Assembly (NCBI GenBank): GCA_020353515.1
Contig: CP070695.1
Coordinates: 2,770,155 to 2,834,154, forward strand
Source: Candidatus Heimdallarchaeota archaeon
Lineage (GTDB): Archaea > Asgardarchaeota > Heimdallarchaeia > Hodarchaeales > Hodarchaeaceae
DNA: 64,000 nt
Direction: 5' to 3'
Shown here: positions 13,462 through 23,512 of the stretch, in pieces
How positions within the stretch are numbered: position 1 is the stretch's first letter
Layout of the letters: each line of letters starts with the position of its first letter
Made by a program: the position numbers and the translations under genes
Notes under the pieces: model-generated
What the model was told of the DNA's origin: nothing
Database searches by the model: none
The model's input: the letters and a program-made list of their open reading frames with translations, nothing else

Positions 13462-13780
13462 TTTCGGGAATGAGATTAAAAAATCCCAAATTTCTCACAA
13501 GTTGAAAAAAAGTAGGAAACGGTTAATATCAAGATCAGATTGGAGTAGGTACGAATCTTGTTCGTATTGTTTTTTTTAAGCTGGCTCCTTAGGTTTTTGA
13601 GGTTGAATTTGGTATTATGCTTGAAATAAAATCTTTATGTGAGATTTCATTAAACTTTCTCATTTCTTTCTAAAAAATAATTCTTGGGTTTAAATAAAGG
13701 ATGTTGAAACAGTATAATGTCAATATCACATTAACCCTCTGCTTTCCTTTAAATCTTTCTTCTTGATTGGTGTAATATAG

Positions 13781-15283
13781 ATGCTGGGTAGTGTTTCAAA
13801 TAATATCCAATCTATATTATTTGGAAATTTTGATTTCTTTTCTCAATACAATTTCGAGGAATATTTCAAATCTAAGTTTAAGTTCGGTGAAAAACAGGTT
13901 TTATTAATTTCTAAGATGTTCTTTATCTTATCTCTTTTTTTCATTGGGTTTCAGACTTTTTTTTTAGGAATTTTTTTAGAAGGAATATTAATAGAGTTAG
14001 CTTTAACGATAGCTTTCTTAAGGTTATCTAATTACATTATTTTTATCCAATTTAAGGAATATTGCACTACAGTAGAAACAATCGGTTATTTTGTTGTAAA
14101 TGAACTATTAGTGATACTAGATACTTCAAGTTCTTTAAGGGAAGCTACTAAGTTTATCATATCAAGCAAATATCCTCTATTTTCTGAAATTTTTACAAAT
14201 GCAATGATTTCAACACATTTTGGCAATTCCCTTAATTTTGCTTTAAAAACTCAAATAACAAGAAGTCTTTTTGGTAACATCCAGACCGTTTTCTTGTATA
14301 TTTTAGAAATTTGGGAAAATGGGAAAAATATTGCTCTCCTTTCAAAGAATAGGATTCTTAGTAGAATTTCAGATCAAATAACAGAAGAAACAAATAAAAT
14401 TGACTCTTGGGCCTCGTTATCAGCTGGAATTACATTTCTAAGCCCTCCAGTAATCTTTTGCTTTTTATTAATTTCTGGGAACATGAGTGTATTTTTTGGA
14501 TTTTTAATCATAATTGGAGTAATTATCGGATCTTTGTTTATCCACCCTGAAAGACATCTAACAGTGTTCTCAAAGAATAATAAGCTCTTCTTATCTTATG
14601 ATAAAAAATCATTAGAACTCTTAGTTATTCTTTCAGAGAATCTCTTAAGTGGGAATTCTTTCAATAAAAGTTTGAACAATGCGTTAAATGTAGTAGAAGT
14701 TTTTCCACAAAAAAACCAAACCACAAGAATGTCAGAACCTTATACTCTGTTTAAATTAGGTGTTACACAAACAAACGATATTGAAACCAATTTTTTAGCT
14801 AAATTTTTTCCTGAAAGAATCATACAACTTGTCTTATTAATAAAAAAGTTCTCAATGATCGATATTTCCATTGCAGGTAAAAAATTACAGACAATAACTA
14901 AAGAATTAGGCAGAACCAATGAATTATTAAGTAAAGGTGATGCACAACTTAAAGCAGCAAAATTGCATGGGAATATTATACAAATCCTTGCCTTAGTCTC
15001 ATTAGCTTTTATAGCTGGAGCTAGCTCCTACTTCCTTTTTGTATCAAATATGATTTATCAGCCATTTACAGAAACATCAATGACAACTAGTAATTCTGTC
15101 TTTGAATTAATCTACTTAATAACAGCTCTTGTAATAAGCTTATTACCAATCAGAAGAATCAATGTTAAAGGATTTAGAAAACATGAAGCAATACCATGGA
15201 ACGGTATCATAGGATTATCTAAATTTACAGTATTTCTAATTGTATATACAGTTGTTAAGAACGCTTTTATAGGAATGATTTGA
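13781..15283 (+). CDS. TadB/TadC (T2SS-F/FlaJ-like) membrane platform protein, two repeats
   Basis: Multi-TM; two T2SSF-like soluble segments (ELLVILDTSSSLREA...EIFTNAMISTHFGNSLNFAL and LVILSENLLSGNSFNKSL), each followed by TM pairs; divergent from the CpaF ATPase. Confidence 0.75.
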   Translation: MLGSVSNNIQSILFGNFDFFSQYNFEEYFKSKFKFGEKQVLLISKMFFILSLFFIGFQTFFLGIFLEGILIELALTIAFLRLSNYIIFIQFKEYCTTVETIGYFVVNELLVILDTSSSLREATKFIISSKYPLFSEIFTNAMISTHFGNSLNFALKTQITRSLFGNIQTVFLYILEIWENGKNIALLSKNRILSRISDQITEETNKIDSWASLSAGITFLSPPVIFCFLLISGNMSVFFGFLIIIGVIIGSLFIHPERHLTVFSKNNKLFLSYDKKSLELLVILSENLLSGNSFNKSLNNALNVVEVFPQKNQTTRMSEPYTLFKLGVTQTNDIETNFLAKFFPERIIQLVLLIKKFSMIDISIAGKKLQTITKELGRTNELLSKGDAQLKAAKLHGNIIQILALVSLAFIAGASSYFLFVSNMIYQPFTETSMTTSNSVFELIYLITALVISLLPIRRINVKGFRKHEAIPWNGIIGLSKFTVFLIVYTVVKNAFIGMI

Positions 15284-15393
15284 TTAAAAAAACTTTAATC
15301 TAAGGATGAAATTTTTGGGAGTTTTTTAAATAAACTTTGCACATGAAGGTGGAGGTTCTATGAAGAATTGACCAAAAGAGGGATAAAAAAAGG

Positions 15394-18300
15394 ATGAAAT
15401 TTAGGTATCAAAAGCTTAAAGATCTATTGGTTATCCTTTTCATTACAATCGCGATAATAATCAGTCATTTCGCAGTTTATAATACCCTTTTTTATCCCAA
15501 TACAGCATATTCAACACATAAACAAGTTTTAGAAGATGATCTTCAGGCGATTCAAAAAAATAGACCTAATCTTGAAATTAATGACTTAACTGGGGAGCCT
15601 ATGCAGTATTATATTGAACAGGGTGAAAATTTTGAATTAAAAACTAATGAGACCAAAGTAATGTTAACAACTTCAGAGACAAATGTTTCTATCAGATCAA
15701 GGGCTATAAATTCTTCATTTCAGCTTATCTCTACGGGTAATAATAGTAGTAATGAATGGAAAAATGATACTGAATATGGGAATGTTAACGTATCTACTAT
15801 CCTCCTGGGAAATGAAAAAGTTTTTCGACTTAGTTTTGTAAATAGGAGCGTTTTTGATTCAGGAGTTAACAATTCAAAATTCCTTGTGTCCTCAAATCCA
15901 AGTTTAATTAATTTTCCAACTATCATCTCCTTTGATTTTCGGATCCCATTTCTATCTCAAGAGTTATTAAATTCCTCACATACATTATCTTTAGATTTTA
16001 AATTCAATAACGGTAAAATAACATTCATTTTATCAGATTGGGGTGGAACTCTAAGTGGAGAAGGATTTGAAGAAGTTGAGGAAGATATTATTTATGACAA
16101 TAGGTCATCCTCAATCTATGTCCTGTGTAATGAGACTTCTCCCTTTATGAATTGGAGACATATTTCTCATAATATTACCAGAATAATTACAGCAAATCTA
16201 CCTCCAGAGGATTACCCAAACTTTTCGAATCTGAAATCTCTTTTTTGCCATATGATTACTTATATTCCGTACAATTTAACATTAGATATCAACGATATAA
16301 CGTATTTTACGTCTTTACCTCCTTATCCTCCAATTAATTATACAATTGGAGAAACTATGGTCTTTACTGACAACGGTACATTATCCTATGATTCAAGAAT
16401 GGAAAATTTCACCCTATCTGCAAGTGAGGAATATCCCTGGAAAAATAACTCCCAAACTTACCTGGATGTAAATGTTACTCGCACAAAAAGTCTTGAGAGT
16501 TTTTGTGAATTTATAGAATGGAATGAAACTAAAGTTAGGATTAATGTTGCTATAAATATTCCTAATATTCTTAAAAATGCGTCTTTTAGTAATATTCACA
16601 TTATTCTCCCTTCTGATTGGATGAATATCACCTTTCTTAATGAAAGTAACACTCTCAAGTTTTATAATCAGACGAAAATGTTGAATGAATTTATTTTAGG
16701 AAACCATTGGCAAATAAACGTCTTTGGAATAGTGTGGGGTATTCTTGAAGCTTGGGCACCAAATTATTTCTCAAATGTTGAAGTTCCAACAGACGTTTGT
16801 AGAAATGAAATAATTCTATTAAGAGGGTATTTACGTTATCCCTTATCTGGAGACATAAATTTATATTTACAGAACGGGTCTTTTACCTTCCATCAAACTA
16901 CTCTACCAATGATCAATTCAACTTTTATTTTTCCAGAGATAACGATTACTGAAGAGTTTCCGCTTGGTCTATTGCAGCTCACTCTTAATTGGTCAAATTC
17001 ATGGGAGTTTGGAATATTCGAAAAATTAATCTATATTCATGAGCAAGGAAGTTCTTCCTCACACATCTTATTCCAATCGGCACAGACTATCGATATTCAT
17101 CAATTTGAATCATTTTCGATCAATTTAAGTCTTTTACAAAATGGAGAAACGTACAGTTCAAATTCAACCATAGTTTTTTTGATGAAAGGGAGTGACTGTC
17201 TCTTTTTTTCACATTTATCTTTGAATAACTACATTCTAAATGTTTCTCATGTTACTTGGGATCCAGGGAATTATTCTATTGATGTCATTGCTTCTGATGG
17301 TAGTTTGTTTTTTGCTAAGGACATGTTAAACTTAACTATTAAACCTGCTTCAATCTTTTGGAGTTTCGAAAACTTAAAAAGCACCTTGGCTCAAAATGAA
17401 AGTATAGCTTTTCGACTATATTCTTATATCAATCCTCAAGGAGATGATTATTTTAAAATCCTTTCAGGGCTCACTATTAGGATTTGGATCAATGCAACGA
17501 TAAATTCCATTTTTGAAACGAATTCCGAAGGATTCGTAGATATTTATTGTGATTTTACATACACAACAAATAGTGATTATCTTCAGGTAGTAATAGAAGG
17601 AATGCTTGAAGGGGAAGTTTGTAAGCTACAAACACTGCTCTTTCTTCTTTCTAATGAAACATCCCTAAGTGATGGGGATCGTGCATATATTCATGAGATA
17701 ATGAGATCTCCAATAAAGGCAAACGAAACATTTTACGTATATTATCAAATTGATTACTCAACTAATAATTCAAAATGGTTTGTACACATCGAATCATTTA
17801 GTAATGTAGTATTATCTGCGTATATTTTACGAGATAACTATATTATTGGTACTGATATTGAAAATGATCTGTTGGTCTGGACATTAGAAGCAAGTCAATT
17901 GAATGATGATATATTGGTAATTGAATTACCAGGTCCAACTGCATTGGTTATAGAAGAATCTATTTCGAAAAAATTTAGGTTTAAACTTGAGGTTTTTTCA
18001 GAAATTACAACAAATAATTACTCGATAGATATCAATCTGAAATTTTTAGGTTTTCCTTTCTCTAATCTCTCTCTGTTTGATTCTTTAAATAGGAATGTTA
18101 CTGATTTGTTTCCAATTACTATTAAAGGGGAAATTGTTTCACTTTTTCAATTTAATATTATTGGTGGATTCGAAATATGTTACTTTTTAGAAGGATATCT
18201 TCATGAATTGAATATTATAATAAGAAAACCTTTTCAAGCATCATATTCCTATAATGAAAGTATTTTTGGTAGTTGGAGAATAAATACACCAATTGAATTT

Positions 18301-18903
18301 TCGTATATGGTTTCATATTCAATACTAGGATTAGGATCTTGGGAATGTTATAACACTAGCTTGGAAGTGCTACCAAATTCAACGAGTGTTATAACAGCTT
18401 TCCTGCCTCCCCAAAATTGGAATAGTACGATCTCGATCCAACTAATTGTGAAGTATTTTTCTGACTTATTACTAGTTAGTCCTTTGCAGAATTTCACAAT
18501 TCGTGACCCCTTCCCACCAATGTTGGATTATTCTATTGAATTATTAGCTGATATTGTGAGGATTCATGCATATGTTTTTGAACCTGAAAAAGCATCAGGA
18601 ATAAAGAATGTTTCTTTATTGAATGGAGATCAAGACATCACAGCTACTCTTCTTTCCTTAAATCATTATATATTTGACATTTCAAAAAACACTATCCATT
18701 CTCCAGTCATTAAGGTAACTGATTGGGCCGAGAATGAGAGATTAGCCGAATTTACTCACATTACTAGATTCTTTTCAAATTCTCCTTCCCTTCTAAAGGT
18801 TGTAGAATCACAATATCTCTTACCTCTATTGTTTTCGATAACAATAATTGGTGGTATCTTTATCTCACGAATAATCAAGAAAAGGAAAACTACAATTCTT
18901 TGA
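15394..18903 (+). CDS. Large membrane-anchored cell-surface glycoprotein (beta-sandwich repeats)
   Basis: 1169 aa; N-terminal signal/TM; many N-x-S/T sequons; beta-rich; DPFPP linker; C-terminal TM plus basic tail KKRKTTIL. Confidence 0.75.
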   Translation: MKFRYQKLKDLLVILFITIAIIISHFAVYNTLFYPNTAYSTHKQVLEDDLQAIQKNRPNLEINDLTGEPMQYYIEQGENFELKTNETKVMLTTSETNVSIRSRAINSSFQLISTGNNSSNEWKNDTEYGNVNVSTILLGNEKVFRLSFVNRSVFDSGVNNSKFLVSSNPSLINFPTIISFDFRIPFLSQELLNSSHTLSLDFKFNNGKITFILSDWGGTLSGEGFEEVEEDIIYDNRSSSIYVLCNETSPFMNWRHISHNITRIITANLPPEDYPNFSNLKSLFCHMITYIPYNLTLDINDITYFTSLPPYPPINYTIGETMVFTDNGTLSYDSRMENFTLSASEEYPWKNNSQTYLDVNVTRTKSLESFCEFIEWNETKVRINVAINIPNILKNASFSNIHIILPSDWMNITFLNESNTLKFYNQTKMLNEFILGNHWQINVFGIVWGILEAWAPNYFSNVEVPTDVCRNEIILLRGYLRYPLSGDINLYLQNGSFTFHQTTLPMINSTFIFPEITITEEFPLGLLQLTLNWSNSWEFGIFEKLIYIHEQGSSSSHILFQSAQTIDIHQFESFSINLSLLQNGETYSSNSTIVFLMKGSDCLFFSHLSLNNYILNVSHVTWDPGNYSIDVIASDGSLFFAKDMLNLTIKPASIFWSFENLKSTLAQNESIAFRLYSYINPQGDDYFKILSGLTIRIWINATINSIFETNSEGFVDIYCDFTYTTNSDYLQVVIEGMLEGEVCKLQTLLFLLSNETSLSDGDRAYIHEIMRSPIKANETFYVYYQIDYSTNNSKWFVHIESFSNVVLSAYILRDNYIIGTDIENDLLVWTLEASQLNDDILVIELPGPTALVIEESISKKFRFKLEVFSEITTNNYSIDINLKFLGFPFSNLSLFDSLNRNVTDLFPITIKGEIVSLFQFNIIGGFEICYFLEGYLHELNIIIRKPFQASYSYNESIFGSWRINTPIEFSYMVSYSILGLGSWECYNTSLEVLPNSTSVITAFLPPQNWNSTISIQLIVKYFSDLLLVSPLQNFTIRDPFPPMLDYSIELLADIVRIHAYVFEPEKASGIKNVSLLNGDQDITATLLSLNHYIFDISKNTIHSPVIKVTDWAENERLAEFTHITRFFSNSPSLLKVVESQYLLPLLFSITIIGGIFISRIIKKRKTTIL

Positions 18904-18913
18904 GCTGAAAGCT

Positions 18914-20368
18914 GTGAATCTGAAGACTATAACAAATAGATTAAAAAGTCTCTCCATAGTTCTTCTCTCACTTGTCATAATCATCATTATTGAAGGTTTA
19001 TTAATAATGAACGATTGTACTGGTGTTTTGAAGAATATAACCAAAGCTCCTATGGATTTAGTAAGATATTTTCCAATAATCATTTTATTATACCTTTTTA
19101 CGAATGAAATATTTATAACATTCAGAATAAATATTTCTCCATTAAAATTCACTTTGAAAAAAACAGGAATAGTTTTTTTCCAAGATTTCCATATCTGGTT
19201 AGCAATATTCGAAACATTTTCTATAAGAAAAATACAGACGAGTGAATTGAAACAGCTAAAACATTTAAAAACATTCTCACTAGAACTAGACGGAAAGAGA
19301 AAGTGTGTTAGAATTGTTCTTTATTCAAAATCTTATAAAGAGTTAGAAGAACGAATTAAAACTTCAAAACCAATCTTAGAGGTCGTTTTACCTGATATAC
19401 ACTTCGTTTCTAAAGCTGATTTAACTAAATCATATGATGAAACTGAAATGCTGAAGATTGGGGAGGAATACATTTTAAAAGAAAAATCAGAGTTACTTTT
19501 TCCTCAATTTAATATTTTACTAAATGAGAGTTCTCCTTCCTTTTTTAGAATGGTTCTAGCTTGTGATATTCATGATGAGATGAAAAAAAAATTAGATTTC
19601 GTGAATTGTATCCAGATGTACTTCTTTCACAGTTATGATCAGACATCATTTTTTCAATATTTGAATAGAAGGTTTTTCAGATCTCAAATAAAGACATTTG
19701 ATCACATTCAGGATGTTCAAGAGCTTCAGAGGATATGCTTAAGATATCAAACTAAAAAAGGGCCTTACCTATCTTTTCAAGAAGGTCTTGACCATTTTGT
19801 AAGTTTTTTTTCCTTATTTTCCCTAGAACCAAACATAATCGAGACTGGAATGAAACAAAATTTTCAATTATTATCCTTACAAAGCGAAAACCAATCATTA
19901 AACCTTTTGGATACGGAAAAAATAACATCACACCTTGAAATGAACCAGATATGTGCAGAATTATGTAATTATCCAAATGAAAACGAACTATCATATAAAG
20001 AAAAAGAAACAAGATGCAAAAAAAGGGCAGTATTTTGTCAGAATTTATTAGAAAATGCTAATTTCTTTTCAATATTAGAGAGTCTGATTAATCAAAAGTA
20101 TATAACTGATAAAATTCATCTTCTAACAGAACTAAGACGCCATCTTACCTATCAACAACTTATTTGTTGTATTTCTCATCTTTGTCATCTTAACTACCCT
20201 GAGATTCCTTATCAAAAGATTGTAAACTTAATTCATATTTTGTATTCATTAAACTATAAATCCTACAAAGCTAAAAATGTTCTTAAGATAGATAAAAACC
20301 CTGATTCTACTATATTTTCTGATGATGGAACTACTAAGCACATTTTTCATTCATTAGCACCAAATTAG
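18914..20368 (+). CDS. Hypothetical membrane protein (2 N-terminal TMs, large cytoplasmic part)
   Basis: 484-aa ORF 10 nt after the glycoprotein gene; two hydrophobic segments in the first 75 aa. Confidence 0.7.
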   Translation: MNLKTITNRLKSLSIVLLSLVIIIIIEGLLIMNDCTGVLKNITKAPMDLVRYFPIIILLYLFTNEIFITFRINISPLKFTLKKTGIVFFQDFHIWLAIFETFSIRKIQTSELKQLKHLKTFSLELDGKRKCVRIVLYSKSYKELEERIKTSKPILEVVLPDIHFVSKADLTKSYDETEMLKIGEEYILKEKSELLFPQFNILLNESSPSFFRMVLACDIHDEMKKKLDFVNCIQMYFFHSYDQTSFFQYLNRRFFRSQIKTFDHIQDVQELQRICLRYQTKKGPYLSFQEGLDHFVSFFSLFSLEPNIIETGMKQNFQLLSLQSENQSLNLLDTEKITSHLEMNQICAELCNYPNENELSYKEKETRCKKRAVFCQNLLENANFFSILESLINQKYITDKIHLLTELRRHLTYQQLICCISHLCHLNYPEIPYQKIVNLIHILYSLNYKSYKAKNVLKIDKNPDSTIFSDDGTTKHIFHSLAPN

Positions 20369-20488
20369 ATCGAAAGAATGTATGGATAATCTTGTGAGGA
20401 CTACTCTATAGATCTTTATTAGTAATTCCTCCAACCGTTGAACTTGTGGGTTTCTATACGAATCCTATACATAAAATAGGATTGATGA

Positions 20489-20596
20489 TGGGCCCACCCG
20501 GATTTGAACCGGGGATCTCTCGGTTATCAGCATCGCCCGTCCTGACGAATATCCTTCAGAACGCCGAGCGCTTTAACCAGGCTAAGCCATGGGCCC
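20489..20596 (-). tRNA. tRNA-Ile(GAU) with 33-nt non-canonical intron at 30/31 (20532-20564)
   Basis: GGGCCCA/TGGGCCC acceptor; spliced anticodon arm CTCGG-CTGATAA-CCGAG; BHB central helix CGCT/GGCG, bulges CG|G and AT|G, intron stem CGTTCTGA/TCAGGACG. Confidence 0.92.
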
Positions 20597-20657
20597 TTTT
20601 TTTAAGGGAAAAAAAGGTAAAAATTTTCCTTTGTCTATCTTAAATAAATCTTGTGGA

Positions 20658-21059
20658 TTATCGATAACTCTTAGTGTATTTTGCTCGCGCGCCTGGTCCA
20701 CCAAACTGCTTTGGTTCACGACGACGGGGATCTCCTACGATCATATGTCGATCATATTCAGTATACTTAATCCTCAATTCTTCAGAGTCAGTCCAAGCTA
20801 AAAGTGCTCGTGCAATAGCAGTTCTAGCAGCATCAGCTTGTCCCATATATCCTCCACCCTTGACTTTAACTTTGATATCCACGCTATGTCTAGTTTTCTC
20901 TTCAACAAAATAAAAGGGTTCCATCAACTTCATCTTAACAATCTCAGGCTCGATTATTTCTATTGGTTTTCCGTTAATCAACACTCTGCCTGTTCCTTCC
21001 TTAATAATAGCACGTGCGATCGCGGTACGTCGCTTTCCACTTCGTAATAAGCTTTTCAT
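20658..21059 (-). CDS. rps9: 30S ribosomal protein S9 (uS9)
   Basis: GKRRTAIARA, GGGYMGQADA, GGPGARAKYTKSYR. Confidence 0.98.
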   Translation of the reverse strand: MKSLLRSGKRRTAIARAIIKEGTGRVLINGKPIEIIEPEIVKMKLMEPFYFVEEKTRHSVDIKVKVKGGGYMGQADAARTAIARALLAWTDSEELRIKYTEYDRHMIVGDPRRREPKQFGGPGARAKYTKSYR

Positions 21060-21073
21060 AATAATTCAAACCA

Positions 21074-21508
21074 TTAGATTTTTGATCTTAATTGCCCAAG
21101 GGATATGTAAGATGCCTTTGGATTAATCTTTTGAGTTTCTGGAATGATTTCAATATCTTTCTCTCTTAGTGTTTCAGGAAAGTCTTTGTAAACAACCAAG
21201 CGATGATAAGCTTCCTTCCCCCTACTCTTATGATATGGAAGCATGCCTCGTATGGTTCTTTTTAGGATTTTATCAGCTTCTCGCGGATGAAAGGGCCCTT
21301 TTAGGGGATTTGATTTTGTTTTAATTCTCCATCTCTGTAAGTATTTAGCTGCAATGAAATCTCCTCCACCAGATATTAATCCTTTATTTGCATTAATGAT
21401 AATGATCTTTTCTCCCTTTAAAAGTCGTTTTGCAATGATGCTCGACAAACGGCCCAAAATTGAGTTCTCTGCATCTATTATAGTAGCATCTAGTAAGTCG
21501 TCTATCAT
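21074..21508 (-). CDS. rpl13: 50S ribosomal protein L13 (uL13)
   Basis: IIDAENSILGRLSS, GPFHPR, RTIRGMLPY. Confidence 0.97.
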   Translation of the reverse strand: MIDDLLDATIIDAENSILGRLSSIIAKRLLKGEKIIIINANKGLISGGGDFIAAKYLQRWRIKTKSNPLKGPFHPREADKILKRTIRGMLPYHKSRGKEAYHRLVVYKDFPETLREKDIEIIPETQKINPKASYISLGQLRSKI

Positions 21509-21529
21509 TGTTCTTTCATCTTTTTTCTA

Positions 21530-21901
21530 TCATTTTATAATTCGAACCTGAGACCCTTTAGGATCTCTTTCAACTAGCTCTTCAATAGTCAGACATTTCC
21601 CACCAGCATTACTAATTTTCTTTTGAGCTGCTTCCGAAAATGATTCAGCAGCAATGTCAAGTTGATGATTCACCGATCCTGTACCTAGAACTTTCCCTGG
21701 GATTAATAAAATATCTCCTGGGGAAGATATTCGATTTAAACGGGATAAATTCACAGTAATACGTCTTCTCCTCGCCTTAGACATTTCAGATGCTAATATT
21801 GCCCAAATCTTAGCCTTATTTTCAGCAGCAGCTCCTTTTAAAAACCTGATTAGAGCAACCTTATTTGGATCTGTCCGTCCTTTAATTTTCAATTGAATCA
21901 C
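21530..21901 (-). CDS. rpl18e: 50S ribosomal protein L18e (eL18); start adjusted to GTG
   Basis: VNLSRLNR, IPGKVLGTG, AAESFSEAAQKKI. Confidence 0.96.
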   Translation of the reverse strand: MIQLKIKGRTDPNKVALIRFLKGAAAENKAKIWAILASEMSKARRRRITVNLSRLNRISSPGDILLIPGKVLGTGSVNHQLDIAAESFSEAAQKKISNAGGKCLTIEELVERDPKGSQVRIIK

Positions 21902-21905
21902 ACTT

Positions 21906-22706
21906 TTAAAATTCTTCAACAAGGGTTGAAAATTCTTCAGTTTTCTCTTTTAACAGTTCTAGAGCCTTGATCAGTGTTTTTTTAACCGTAAGTGCCCCAG
22001 TACTTTCAATAATAAAAATAAAATCCTTGCCTGTTGTTGTTACATTAACTGCATCTAATTCACAAATCTCAACACATTGATTGCATAAGCTACAATTTAT
22101 GATATTTACAGCCTTAATCTCATCATCTTCAATTTTTATGATATCACGAGGGCAGACTTCAACACAGTCTCCACAAAACGTGCAATTATTTAGATTAAAT
22201 TCGACGCATGGGTAATATTTGTAAGAAACTGTCGAAATAGGCTGCCATTTTGCGTGATCCAAACCTCTCCCAAGTCGTGCGATTGCTTCAAGAAAAATCT
22301 TTTGATCTTTAGCCATTTTAAGAACTGGAATATTAGGATAGACAGGAACTATTTTGGGATCTTGAGATAATAAATCCTTTGAAAAAACTATTTCTACATC
22401 TTGTTCACCCGATTTTTCCAGAGTTAAAGATACCTCACATGATGTACAACCTTGTCCTCCACATGAACACAGTTCAGGCCTGACAAAGTTTTCTAAATCC
22501 GTTTTTAGAGGAATTAAACCTAGACGGTGAGCAACTATTTCATCGTATAGTGGAGTAGTATTTTCGATGATTATAACCTCATCGATCGCCATTGTTGGGA
22601 CTTCACTCAATATCATTCTACGGATAGTGTTTGCAAAAGTGGGTGTTACATCTGAAAGTATGAACTTAGCATAATTTTCACTTTGCTCAACAATCTCAAG
22701 TTCCAA
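21906..22706 (-). CDS. rpoD: DNA-directed RNA polymerase subunit D (Rpo3) with ferredoxin-like Fe-S domain
   Basis: FANTIRR...EVPTMAI, AHRLGLIPL, HAKWQP, CTFCGDCVEVCP and CSLCNQCVEIC; start adjusted to TTG. Confidence 0.97.
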   Translation of the reverse strand: MELEIVEQSENYAKFILSDVTPTFANTIRRMILSEVPTMAIDEVIIIENTTPLYDEIVAHRLGLIPLKTDLENFVRPELCSCGGQGCTSCEVSLTLEKSGEQDVEIVFSKDLLSQDPKIVPVYPNIPVLKMAKDQKIFLEAIARLGRGLDHAKWQPISTVSYKYYPCVEFNLNNCTFCGDCVEVCPRDIIKIEDDEIKAVNIINCSLCNQCVEICELDAVNVTTTGKDFIFIIESTGALTVKKTLIKALELLKEKTEEFSTLVEEF

Positions 22707-23084
22707 ATATATACTACCGCCTTGATGGATTTTTCTTTTCAAGAATTTAATGCAAAAACCAAAGGAAAAAATGAGAATTTCTGCTTCTTCTTTTTATTGG
22801 TGACTCGTAGAGATGTGTTTTATACGATATCGCTGGAATTACGTTAGCTTTAAATTTTTTTTTCTAAATCTGGTCACTTTTGAGAAGAAATACTGAATTA
22901 AAGTATTTAGGAACACTGATAGTCCAATTAACGGTAATTATTAGCAAATAAATAAGAAATTAAGGTTGAACAGCTAATAGGAGCTTGTAAGGAAATGACT
23001 CTACCTACATGCTTTTGTTTCAACACATACCTGATGAATTAGGACATATAACTGACCTCGTCAAAATTGGGAGATTAAAAATGT

Positions 23085-23402
23085 TTGGTGAATTCTCCTT
23101 TTGAATCTTTCATTTGGTGTCCTTGTATGAATCCAATATTCCTAAGCCAATGGGATGAATATATTCGTGGTTGGCAACTTTTAATCGAATCTGGAGATCA
23201 AATCTTTTGGACGATCCTTATTCTTGTAGCTTGGATGGTACGAGCAATTTCTCTAACAATGATTCTTATTCAGCTCGGAGATAGATTAATCCGAAAAAAG
23301 AAAGATTTTGAGTTTAACCTTTTGTTAACTGGGTTAATCTTCATATTAGTAACTGTTCCTTTCTTTTTGGCTGGTTTTTCGTTAATCTATCCTTTCCCTT
23401 AA
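23085..23402 (+). CDS. Small membrane protein, possible third hairpin-pilin paralogue
   Basis: Two hydrophobic helices flanking a basic loop (RKKKD); LLTGLIFI resembles LLTGLFIF of the 61-aa protein at 10840. Confidence 0.5.
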   Translation: MVNSPFESFIWCPCMNPIFLSQWDEYIRGWQLLIESGDQIFWTILILVAWMVRAISLTMILIQLGDRLIRKKKDFEFNLLLTGLIFILVTVPFFLAGFSLIYPFP

Positions 23403-23512
23403 AGTTGTATATACTTTTATTCAACATAGAAAGCGAATTCAAAGCATTCTTCTTGAGAAACAGAAATAATTTAAATATAGACCAATAACAGATGTTTAAT
23501 GATAGACCGTTT

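Noticed and set aside
10430-20596. Integrated element (ICE or provirus) at the tRNA-Ile 3' end
   Set aside because: No integrase, relaxase or replication gene, and no duplicated tRNA 3' end seen near 10.4-10.8 kb.
20446-20643. Short ORFs over tRNA genes (also 33009-33272)
   Set aside because: They are translations of tRNA sequence.
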